IMG/VR virus record: IMGVR_UViG_3300033434_000396
Location: 1 to 44,068 of that record
DNA from: a virus
Taxonomy: Duplodnaviria > Caudoviricetes
Length of the DNA stretch: 44,068 nt
Reading direction: 5' to 3' (one strand)
A program made the translations under genes and the position numbers. Under the pieces are notes generated by a model. That model saw only the letters and a list, made by a program, of their open reading frames with translations, was not told where the DNA came from and made no database searches. Of this stretch, positions 1 to 7,322 are shown in pieces; position 1 is the first letter of the stretch, and each line of letters starts with the position of its first letter.

Positions 1-285
1 CTACAACCCTAAGAGGTTAAACGCAGTATTCATCAGGCCGTAGACCGCCGCAATTACAATTCCGCACTCAGCGCACCGCACAATCATATCAATCCATTGA
101 CCAGAACCGCCGGTAATACTAATAACCGTTTTAATTATCCATCTTCCAACGGACAAGCCTATTAGCCAAATTACTGCGTGTGCTGGACCGCTGGGGCCGA
201 ATGTCTCGCCGATAACGGAGGCGAGCCCTGCAAATACAATATTGGGAATCAAAAGCACTGTGAGTACCATAATAACAACTCTCAT
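1..285 (-). CDS. Small membrane protein (signal-like N-terminus plus two hydrophobic helices; SpoIIIAC-like or pilin-like architecture)
   Basis: MRVVIMVLTVLLIPNIVFA leader; hydrophobic segments AVIWLIGLSVG and GIVIAAVYGLMNTAFNLLGL; ATGA overlap with upstream gene. Confidence 0.7.
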   Translation of the reverse strand: MRVVIMVLTVLLIPNIVFAGLASVIGETFGPSGPAHAVIWLIGLSVGRWIIKTVISITGGSGQWIDMIVRCAECGIVIAAVYGLMNTAFNLLGL

Positions 286-824
286 AATGTAAACGCCTCC
301 ATGATTTCGCTCATGGATAGGACACCGTTTTTCTTTACTTCGGCCACCAAAAGCCGTTTAATCTTTTCTTTTTCTTCCTTTATTACACTCCCGAAACTCC
401 ATGCACTTTCACCCTCATCTATAAACTTGCCGGCGGGATTATACTCAATGTTTAATTCCTGATATGTACCTTGCCATGTATTAAATACTCGAACTTGTGC
501 GGCATAGTTTTCTATGTCATATACCCAGTCCTGGTAAACTTGCCAAGACTTCTTATTCTTTACCAGCCAGAGGCGTATCCAATTTAAAGTTATATATCGC
601 TCTATCTCCTTTGGCTCTTTACCTACAAAATACCAACTAGGATTATCATATAGTCGAATAAAACTAACTTTCTTTCGCTGAGCTAAAATTGACATTCGTC
701 GCTGTGCGGGGAACAATGAAGGGAAAAACATTACTTGTATTTGCCTTGTCGATAGCGCTCTCCAGGACTCCAGCGTCTTAACAATCTCAAAATCCCTGGA
801 ACGGGAGAGCTGTTGGTGATTCAT
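282..824 (-). CDS. Replication-relaxation (Replic_Relax) family protein, wHTH plus apparently degenerate nuclease domain
   Basis: N-terminal RDxxIxxxL...LSTRQI..MFF...AQRRM..L pattern; directly downstream of an FtsK gene. Confidence 0.7.
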   Translation of the reverse strand: MNHQQLSRSRDFEIVKTLESWRALSTRQIQVMFFPSLFPAQRRMSILAQRKKVSFIRLYDNPSWYFVGKEPKEIERYITLNWIRLWLVKNKKSWQVYQDWVYDIENYAAQVRVFNTWQGTYQELNIEYNPAGKFIDEGESAWSFGSVIKEEKEKIKRLLVAEVKKNGVLSMSEIMEAFTL

Positions 825-1923
825 CGATTATCACCTGCCCCGGCATTACAGCTAAACGCCGTCTTACTTCGGATGATTCGGGATCTAGGTAAGGGGTTTG
901 TATCTCAGTAAACTTATTTCCTAATTTCCACATTGCCCGACCAGGTAAATCAGCCATATTTGCGGCCCTTGTATCATCTAAAATTATCTTACTATTGATG
1001 GTATCGGTTACACCCAGTGCTAGCCGTCCGCGCAAATTAGCCTTCAAGTCACCAAAACTTTTTTCAGCAAGAAATGTGCTGCTAGGTCTTTGCGTAGCCA
1101 GCACCATGCAAAATCCCGCCGACCGAGATAACCGGAGCAAACTATCTAAATGCCCAAGCGCTCGTTTATCGCCTAACTCGCCTAATTCGTCAATGACACA
1201 AACAACATGCCGCATAGGTTCATTCGGATAGTGACCATTATACTTTTTGATGTTGACCGTCAGTGTTTGCATGAATCGCTCTTGGCGGCGGCGCATTTCT
1301 CTGACCATACTTGCAAGCATATTCCTGGCATTGTCAGCATCAACAATTAATGCCAAATGATTTTTAAGGTATGCAAACTCAGACATTTTTAAATCGATAA
1401 CTACCATTAAGGGTGGGTCTGGCAAGTTGAGTAGTGAGTTAATCCAAACATGCAGCATATTGCTTTTACCGCCGCCAGTCGTTCCTGCTACAAGTACATG
1501 TGGTATATCAGCAAGATCTACAGTAACTAATCCTTGGTGAGAATACCCAATCGGGATTGGAAGTGTACCTTTTAGCTGATAATGCCAGTCAAACGAATAA
1601 TAATCTTGTAATGTATCCTCAATAAACCGGAGTAATATTCCTTTCCCTTGGCGCTTAATTTCGACGTTATCAATCCCAGTATGGTCCTTAAAGTAATCTA
1701 TCTTCTTTATAAAATCCTGGTGAGAGAGGGACGGAGGCAGAGTAATAACAAAGTCCCACCCTGCCTCTGTTTTCGTTTCCTTTTGAATCAACGGCCTCCG
1801 GTTTTCATCCCATAATGCTTCGATTACTTCACGAACAATCAATGGAGTTTCCCGTCCTAGCGCCTGTGCAAGTTTCTTTTTAGCTCTGTTGAATAGTGGT
1901 TGTAGGAGACTTGATTCGCTCAT
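787..1923 (-). CDS. FtsK/SpoIIIE-family ATPase
   Basis: PHVLVAGTTGGGKS Walker A, VIDLK, VVCVIDE Walker B, ATQRP, PGRA motifs. Confidence 0.93.
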   Translation of the reverse strand: MSESSLLQPLFNRAKKKLAQALGRETPLIVREVIEALWDENRRPLIQKETKTEAGWDFVITLPPSLSHQDFIKKIDYFKDHTGIDNVEIKRQGKGILLRFIEDTLQDYYSFDWHYQLKGTLPIPIGYSHQGLVTVDLADIPHVLVAGTTGGGKSNMLHVWINSLLNLPDPPLMVVIDLKMSEFAYLKNHLALIVDADNARNMLASMVREMRRRQERFMQTLTVNIKKYNGHYPNEPMRHVVCVIDELGELGDKRALGHLDSLLRLSRSAGFCMVLATQRPSSTFLAEKSFGDLKANLRGRLALGVTDTINSKIILDDTRAANMADLPGRAMWKLGNKFTEIQTPYLDPESSEVRRRLAVMPGQVIIDESPTALPFQGF

Positions 1924-2114
1924 TCGTCATCACCTACCGCATTGTTTACGCTCCGGCGGCGGCGTTTTGGCTCGTCGATGCCCATAAAATTCCGCGCGTT
2001 ATTCATTAGCATATCCTGAGTTACCAACGTCACCAAATGCTCCTCTGGGTCACCGGTCCGCATTAAATAAGCGTGAACCGCATCAGGAATTTTGATAGTA
2101 ATTTGTTGAGCCAT
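1920..2114 (-). CDS. Small ribbon-helix-helix-like DNA-binding protein
   Basis: QITIKIPDAVHAYL strand-helix start, basic C-terminus, strong AAGGAGG RBS. Confidence 0.55.
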   Translation of the reverse strand: MAQQITIKIPDAVHAYLMRTGDPEEHLVTLVTQDMLMNNARNFMGIDEPKRRRRSVNNAVGDDE

Positions 2115-2156
2115 AAATATATACCTCCTTCAATTCTTTGGTATATATTTATGGCT
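2109..2156. repeat. Perfect 17-bp inverted repeat with 14-nt loop overlapping RBS and start codon of the RHH-like gene
   Basis: AGCCATAAATATATACC (2109-2125) and GGTATATATTTATGGCT (2140-2156). Confidence 0.95.
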
Positions 2157-2209
2157 TAAGAGTATAAATGATGTATGTCCTAGGGAATAATAAGCATAAA
2201 AAAACCGAC

Positions 2210-2422
2210 CTATTCATAGTCAAATAAGTCGTCAACTTTACATCCTAATTTGCGGGATATTCGAAAAGCAGTTTCTATTTCGGGCTGTTGTTTTTGCATC
2301 TCATATCGATTATATTGTGACAATTTCACCCCTAAAAATTCAGCAAATTCTGTTTGCGGTACATCATGACCTTGCTTAACCGCATACTTTAATCGTATCT
2401 GTTTCAATTTATTTTTAAGCAT
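2210..2422 (-). CDS. XRE-family HTH transcriptional regulator
   Basis: LKNKLKQIR...QTEFAEFLGV...YNRYE...P.IETAFRISRKLGCKVDDLF. Confidence 0.9.
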   Translation of the reverse strand: MLKNKLKQIRLKYAVKQGHDVPQTEFAEFLGVKLSQYNRYEMQKQQPEIETAFRISRKLGCKVDDLFDYE

Positions 2423-2513
2423 ATCAATTCTCCTGCAGGAATATAATGGTAATTAATAGTAATTCTATATACTGTAAAATAATTCCTGTATAATATAATT
2501 TATGGAGGTTCAA

Positions 2514-3116
2514 ATGAAAAAAATTTTACTTATGTGCTTCCTGATCTTATCTTTTAATGCAGTATCATTCGCGTCAATTCTTGATCCAGATGAGAAACCA
2601 ACACCTTATATCAAAACCGTTGGAATCTTCCTAGATGCACCAATGTCATACGTTGATAATGAAACAGTTAGAACGTTAATACCAGAGAAAGCTAAAGAAC
2701 TTTTTCCAAGATTGAAATTTGATCTTCTGCCATTCGATAAAACAGAAATGGCTTTACGCACATACCGCGAAGATCATCGTATGATTGTTAATCAATACTT
2801 TTCACAACCCTTAAACCGAAATGACATTCAGGCAATCGGCAAAGACTTATCTTGTGATTATGCTTTATTTATCAAAATTTCAAATGGTCCGCCGCGAGTT
2901 AGCTCTGGTCTTTTATCAACCACGTTTAAAACAACAGTAATATGTGATGTACGTCTATTAGATATCGCAACCGGAAATTATATTATTAGTAAGCAAATAG
3001 TTAAAGACGGAAAAAGCACAGCGATTTATGCAGGTGTGCCATCCTTTGACAAGGCGTACAACGAAGCACTTGAAAAAACATTAAAAGAATTAACAATTGA
3101 TACCTCAACACTATAA
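2514..3116 (+). CDS. Secreted/periplasmic hypothetical protein (moron)
   Basis: Signal peptide MKKILLMCFLILSFNAVSFA; GGAGG RBS before ATG 2514; counter-oriented to phage late genes. Confidence 0.75.
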   Translation: MKKILLMCFLILSFNAVSFASILDPDEKPTPYIKTVGIFLDAPMSYVDNETVRTLIPEKAKELFPRLKFDLLPFDKTEMALRTYREDHRMIVNQYFSQPLNRNDIQAIGKDLSCDYALFIKISNGPPRVSSGLLSTTFKTTVICDVRLLDIATGNYIISKQIVKDGKSTAIYAGVPSFDKAYNEALEKTLKELTIDTSTL

Positions 3117-3123
3117 CCCAACA

Positions 3124-3160
3124 AAGCTCCTCAACCTAAACAGGCCGAGGAGCTTCTCTT
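3124..3160. terminator. Probable bidirectional intrinsic terminator between convergent genes
   Basis: AAGCTCCTC (3124-3132) / GAGGAGCTT (3147-3155) stem with T-rich flanks. Confidence 0.7.
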
Positions 3161-3236
3161 ATTTCCAACCAAACCATTTTCTTAATATCGGCATTATATT
3201 CACCGTAAATTTGAAATCAGGTATTGTAATCTTCAT
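3159..3236 (-). CDS. Putative 25-aa cationic peptide MKITIPDFKFTVNIMPILRKWFGWK (not in ORF track)
   Basis: ATGA overlap with upstream stop; ends immediately before the terminator. Confidence 0.4.
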   Translation of the reverse strand: MKITIPDFKFTVNIMPILRKWFGWK

Positions 3237-3694
3237 GCCGCCACCGCCCACAGCTGCAAAGCTTCCATCAGAGCCGCCGGTGTCACCCCATCAGCATATA
3301 TTCCCGGCAAAATATCCAAGCCCCCTGCCCTAAGTATCCGCGTTACTGCCTCAGAGCAATTTACTGTCACCTCACCATCACCAGGAATCTGCCGGCCTGT
3401 AATTTCACGAATACCACCGTTTATGCAATCCAAATACCCGTATGGTGTATTCAATAGGCGCTTTGCTTCTAACTCTGCATCGTCTATGTCAGGCACATCG
3501 ACAGTGATAATAGTCGTCTTGTGACCATCATAGGCGGTAAGTGGCGACTTAACAAAACCGTTGTCTAATGCCTCTAAAATTCCATCAAGCATAAATATAG
3601 CGGCATGACTTGGATCTGCTCCTGGGCCTTCAACGGCATCGATTATGCGACCAAATACCGTTTCTGGATAGCTAAATAAAATTTTCACTTCCAT
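3233..3694 (-). CDS. Permuted papain-like (YiiX/YaeF, NlpC/P60 superfamily) peptidase/amidase
   Basis: PSHAAI...LEA...PYG...NCSE order (His before Cys). Confidence 0.8.
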   Translation of the reverse strand: MEVKILFSYPETVFGRIIDAVEGPGADPSHAAIFMLDGILEALDNGFVKSPLTAYDGHKTTIITVDVPDIDDAELEAKRLLNTPYGYLDCINGGIREITGRQIPGDGEVTVNCSEAVTRILRAGGLDILPGIYADGVTPAALMEALQLWAVAA

Positions 3695-3716
3695 TATATA
3701 TACGCACCTCCTGACT

Positions 3717-3750
3717 AAAAATAAAAGGCCCGATCAATTAAGACCGGGCC
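3717..3750 (-). terminator. Intrinsic terminator
   Basis: Minus strand GGCCCGGTC-TTAATT-GATCGGGCC-TTTTATTTT. Confidence 0.75.
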
Positions 3751-3764
3751 GCCACCTTTAAATG

Positions 3765-4283
3765 TTACTTAATCTGATCTTTGAGCCAACTAGTGCCTTT
3801 TGCAATGCCAGTAGCGACTAAACCAATTTCGCCTATGTTGCGTATTTTCACCCAAATACTTTTAGTTGTCTTGGCCTCATTCAACAATTCCTCAACAATA
3901 CTGACTGATCCCGTAGACGTAGCATTTGTTATGATAGTTGTGGCAGCTTCGGCAACGGCATCGACAACATCGGAAAGCTCCGTGGCAGAAGCCGCAGAGG
4001 CAATAGCCGAATCTAGGGTACTGTCGAGAGTTGACGTATCGGTTGCGGTCGTGCTTTCGGTTGACTCAGTAGATTCGGTGTCCGTTTCTTCCGTGGATTC
4101 AGTTTCGTCAGTATCGAGATAATCTGGAATGCCGTCACTGTCAGCATCATCGCTGGTATCTGTCGTTTCCGTTGCAGCGGTAGCAGTTTCATTCACTTCT
4201 GTTGCTGTTTCGGTTGCCTCCGTGGCAGTAGTTGCCTCCGTGGCAGTAGTTTCCTCTGTAGTTACTGTGGTTTCGTCAGACAT
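3765..4283 (-). CDS. Thr/Glu/Asp-rich protein with DxDxDG motif and amphipathic/hydrophobic C-terminus, in lysis cassette
   Basis: Start re-called at 4283 (AAGGAG RBS); DADSDGIPDYLDTD; C-terminal SIWVKIRNIGEIGLVATGIAKG. Confidence 0.65.
   Translation of the reverse strand: MSDETTVTTEETTATEATTATEATETATEVNETATAATETTDTSDDADSDGIPDYLDTDETESTEETDTESTESTESTTATDTSTLDSTLDSAIASAASATELSDVVDAVAEAATTIITNATSTGSVSIVEELLNEAKTTKSIWVKIRNIGEIGLVATGIAKGTSWLKDQIK
4213..4248. repeat. 18-bp perfect tandem repeat (x2) within the Thr-rich gene
   Basis: GTTGCCTCCGTGGCAGTA at 4213-4230 and 4231-4248. Confidence 0.9.
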
Positions 4284-4357
4284 AAATAAACACGCTCCTT
4301 TAGTTTTATTAAAATAAATGGCCATCTGTTTTTATGACAGCAGCCAAAGTACCCATG

Positions 4358-4849
4358 TTATTCACTTGCGCTCACCTGCTCTATAATGTCAGGCAAACGC
4401 TCATACAACTTATCACCGGGGCAATCAGTCGCTAGGCCGGGATCACTAACTATTTCGGCAACTTCTCTGTGACCAATAATCTGAGCATCGGGCCAATTGT
4501 CTTTTAGATCAGCCAGCAGTTTAGGCAATACTTCAATCTGCTCCGCTGTCGGCTCGTTGTCCTGGCAGTTACCGGATAAAGAAATTCCCACGCTACAGTA
4601 ATTCAGTCCCTGCGCATGGGAACCAATTGCATCACGCGGCCTACCTCGTTCGATAGTACCGTCGAATCTAATTACATAGTGATAACCAATACCCGCCCAA
4701 CCTAAATTAAGATGTTGCCGGTGTACACGTTCTGCCCCAACATCACCGGCAGAGGCTTCATGATGAACAATAAGGTAATCTGTTTCGCCTCGATAAGATA
4801 GTGGTCTAGCAAAATTTAAGTCAGTTTCAATAACGGTAACTCGTCCCAT
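4358..4849 (-). CDS. Endolysin, N-acetylmuramoyl-L-alanine amidase (Amidase_2, T7-lysozyme-like), no cell-wall-binding domain
   Basis: LIVHH, GWAGIGYHYVI, GR....GSHA, IIGHRE, TDCPG. Confidence 0.93.
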   Translation of the reverse strand: MGRVTVIETDLNFARPLSYRGETDYLIVHHEASAGDVGAERVHRQHLNLGWAGIGYHYVIRFDGTIERGRPRDAIGSHAQGLNYCSVGISLSGNCQDNEPTAEQIEVLPKLLADLKDNWPDAQIIGHREVAEIVSDPGLATDCPGDKLYERLPDIIEQVSASE

Positions 4850-5035
4850 TTATATACTCCCCTTCGGTGTATTGAGCCAGGAATCAGCCGCATATTTCGC
4901 TATAATAAATACGCCAAACTCCCGCAGTTTGTCCAGGTCAAAAGGTCCGATTCCAAGAGAGTTAGCGATCCACGCCAGCACCCAAATCACAGCAAATGCG
5001 GCAGGCCAGCTTTTGGGATTATTGATGATATTCAT
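4850..5035 (-). CDS. Putative holin
   Basis: 61 aa, two hydrophobic segments, ...LNTP ending, directly upstream of endolysin. Confidence 0.65.
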   Translation of the reverse strand: MNIINNPKSWPAAFAVIWVLAWIANSLGIGPFDLDKLREFGVFIIAKYAADSWLNTPKGSI

Positions 5036-5039
5036 GTAA

Positions 5040-5273
5040 TCACCCTCTCAATAAAATAGCCGCTCCCCCGATGATCGTAGCCGCAAGTTGGGCCATAATC
5101 CAGTAGAGCAGCTTATCAAATTTAGCGTCGAATTTTTTGTCCATTTCTACAACATTGGCTTCGACTCTGTGTATAGCTCCATTTTGTGATTTTTGCCAAC
5201 CCGTCAGGTTATCAATGTCGGCTCGGCATTTTACGACTTCAGAACATTTAGTATCAGCAATACAATATTCCAC
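5040..5273 (-). CDS. XhlA-like/holin-associated membrane protein
   Basis: Coiled-coil N-region and single C-terminal TM; first gene of lysis cassette. Confidence 0.6.
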   Translation of the reverse strand: MEYCIADTKCSEVVKCRADIDNLTGWQKSQNGAIHRVEANVVEMDKKFDAKFDKLLYWIMAQLAATIIGGAAILLRG

Positions 5274-5287
5274 AAGTTAACCTCCCC

Positions 5288-6490
5288 CTAGATCAAATTA
5301 ACGCCCCAACTCGTCCCCGCTAACGCCGCAACCTCTGTACTGGATAACGCCCTGCCAAGACCAACCACGTTGTAGAGTTTACCATTTAAGAAATACTGTG
5401 TCCCTTGGTTGCTGCCGAAATAAATATTGGTCGGTAGTGATATACCCGGCGCTGTACTGGACGTTGCAGTATACACTGTACCTGCCGCAGAAGCGCAGCA
5501 ATATAAGGTTACGCCGCTGGACGACCAGGTCAGAAATGCATCGTAAACGGTGTCAGCGGTAACGGCAAGCGAACTGGTCACTGTGACCTGGGCTGAGCCG
5601 GAGCCATAAGATGCTTCAAGGTAACCACTGACATTGATATACAGGGCAAGGCCAGTATTAGAAATATCCGCTGGATCGGCAATCATCTGGATTGAGCCTG
5701 TAAGCGAATCGACAGAAAAACGGGCGGCTATTGTGCCCTTGGTTGCTGAAATGTACTGGTTTGGCGCGTAGAGGACTTCGGCGGCGCGGGTGGCGGCTCC
5801 GGTGATCCATGAGGTTGGAGCGGCCTTTTGTTCAACCTGAGCTAAAGTAAAAGTATAAGATGTACCAGATATAATACCTTTTGGAAAAGTAACCCGTGCA
5901 AAATTAGCAGCAATTACACTAGGGGATGTTACCGTTACCGTTTTACGACCACTAGTATTAAAAGTTTTTGCTGAAGAAGTATAAGTAGAACCGTTATAAA
6001 AGTATAGATAAATATATGGATGTACGGAACTATTTTCATCAGTTAAAACCTCAGCAGTAATACCATAAGTATATTTGGTTTCAACCGAGCCTATAGAGAA
6101 AGACCCATTTAAATAGGCTTCAGCAGTTAACGTCTCATTAGCGGTCATAGTCATACCGCCGTTGGTTGTATCGTAGGTAATTGTTAAAGAAGAAGAACTA
6201 CCACTAGCGCCCCAGCCACTTATTACCTTTGCCTGATTAGCAGTCAGCAGATTCGTCGTACTCTCCTCAACCTCAATATACTGCCCCCACGTGCTGTCAG
6301 TCCCCGTCCTCGCTACCCCCGACGCATATAACAAACTGCCTAAATATGCCGTACTCGCTCTCGAAAATGTAAATAAACTCGTATCAATCACGCTCCCCAC
6401 ATATGTATTGTTACTGCCACTGGAACTGCCCAATGGCGAAATTATTGCCGACCGTATAGGCGATATAATAGGTGATATTATCGCGCCCAT
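5288..6490 (-). CDS. Virion fibre/spike protein with LamG/ConA-like domain and carbohydrate-binding-like insert
   Basis: FSRASTAY...VEESTTNLL...AQVEQ...PTSWI...TRAAE pattern; beta-rich, S/T/G-rich. Confidence 0.7.
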   Translation of the reverse strand: MGAIISPIISPIRSAIISPLGSSSGSNNTYVGSVIDTSLFTFSRASTAYLGSLLYASGVARTGTDSTWGQYIEVEESTTNLLTANQAKVISGWGASGSSSSLTITYDTTNGGMTMTANETLTAEAYLNGSFSIGSVETKYTYGITAEVLTDENSSVHPYIYLYFYNGSTYTSSAKTFNTSGRKTVTVTSPSVIAANFARVTFPKGIISGTSYTFTLAQVEQKAAPTSWITGAATRAAEVLYAPNQYISATKGTIAARFSVDSLTGSIQMIADPADISNTGLALYINVSGYLEASYGSGSAQVTVTSSLAVTADTVYDAFLTWSSSGVTLYCCASAAGTVYTATSSTAPGISLPTNIYFGSNQGTQYFLNGKLYNVVGLGRALSSTEVAALAGTSWGVNLI

Positions 6491-6690
6491 TATGTTGTTG
6501 TCTCCGTCGTTTCTGCCGCCGCCACAATCGCCGCCTCTAACGCAGTAATATCATTCGAGATCCACTCGTAACCGTCAGCCAACGAAATTGTATTATCATC
6601 TGAATACCGATACGCTAGCGACGGTGTCACGGCTAAATCTGCTATTGTTTTTCCCGTAGGAACGGCCACATAACTCTGAGGATATCCCAT
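6490..6690 (-). CDS. Small hypothetical virion-associated protein
   Basis: Coupled to neighbours, GGGAGG RBS, Thr-rich tail. Confidence 0.6.
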   Translation of the reverse strand: MGYPQSYVAVPTGKTIADLAVTPSLAYRYSDDNTISLADGYEWISNDITALEAAIVAAAETTETTT

Positions 6691-7158
6691 TTAGTCCGCC
6701 TCCCTTACCGTGAAATACGCCGTAAACCCGCCTGAGCTGCCCAATGCTGTGTTATTACTCACAACTATATAAGCATCTGAAGCAATAAACATACCTTCGA
6801 CCAAATATCCGTATGTGTCAACGGTTGTGCCGCTTACTGTACTCGCAGCCGCAAAGGTCAGCGTGGTCAATAGTGAATAGCGAGTAGCACTATTTATCGT
6901 ACGCATGTTAAAAATTTTCATAGTCAGGGCCGCGGCTGTGCTGGGATTATAGGCATTTACCAAATAGGTTTTTCGCACATTATCAGGAGCAGTAATTGTA
7001 ATTGTTTTTTGCGTATTTGCCGATGCCGAGTTTGCAAACGTGGCAGATGACTCATCGCCTATGAGTGTTCCCGTGATGTATAGGCGGTCGGCTAGATTTA
7101 TTACCGTATCGTCTTCCCTCCGCATCCGACCACTAGCCGCCGCCATATTTTCGATCAT
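6691..7158 (-). CDS. Hypothetical beta-rich structural protein
   Basis: Start re-called at 7158 (AGGAGG RBS); T/S/A-rich composition. Confidence 0.6.
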   Translation of the reverse strand: MIENMAAASGRMRREDDTVINLADRLYITGTLIGDESSATFANSASANTQKTITITAPDNVRKTYLVNAYNPSTAAALTMKIFNMRTINSATRYSLLTTLTFAAASTVSGTTVDTYGYLVEGMFIASDAYIVVSNNTALGSSGGFTAYFTVREAD

Positions 7159-7171
7159 AATGTACCTCCTC

Positions 7172-7199
7172 AAAAAAATTAGACGCGCAATGCGTCTTA
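7172..7199 (-). terminator. Intrinsic terminator after tail fibre cluster
   Basis: Minus strand AGACGC-ATTGC-GCGTCT-AATTTTTTT. Confidence 0.65.
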
Positions 7200-7322
7200 G
7201 CTTGTAGTCGTGGTATCGGTTGTGGTCGTGCTGGCTACATACCGCGGACAACTACTATTTGTACATTTTCCGGTTGTTGTGTTATTAGTTCCGCCGCAGA
7301 TAAAACAATACTTAGCTGCCAC
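7197..7322 (-). CDS. 41-aa Cys-rich protein MAAKYCFICGG...KCTNSSCPRY...TTTTDTTTTS (not in ORF track)
   Basis: GTG start overlapping upstream gene end; CxxC...CxxxxC; stop at the terminator. Confidence 0.6.
   Translation of the reverse strand: MAAKYCFICGGTNNTTTGKCTNSSCPRYVASTTTTDTTTTS

Noticed and set aside
2210-3116. Arbitrium-like or toxin-antitoxin module
   Set aside because: No TPR receptor or short pro-peptide; the secreted protein is 200 aa and divergently transcribed
3781-4317. Plus-strand Val/Ser-rich ORFs (also 7749-7967, 11808-12215, 13815-14234 and similar)
   Set aside because: Antisense shadows of low-complexity or well-supported minus-strand genes
7159-7251. N-terminal extension of ORF 6691-7251
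   Set aside because: Crosses a terminator and another small gene; a strong RBS supports start 7158
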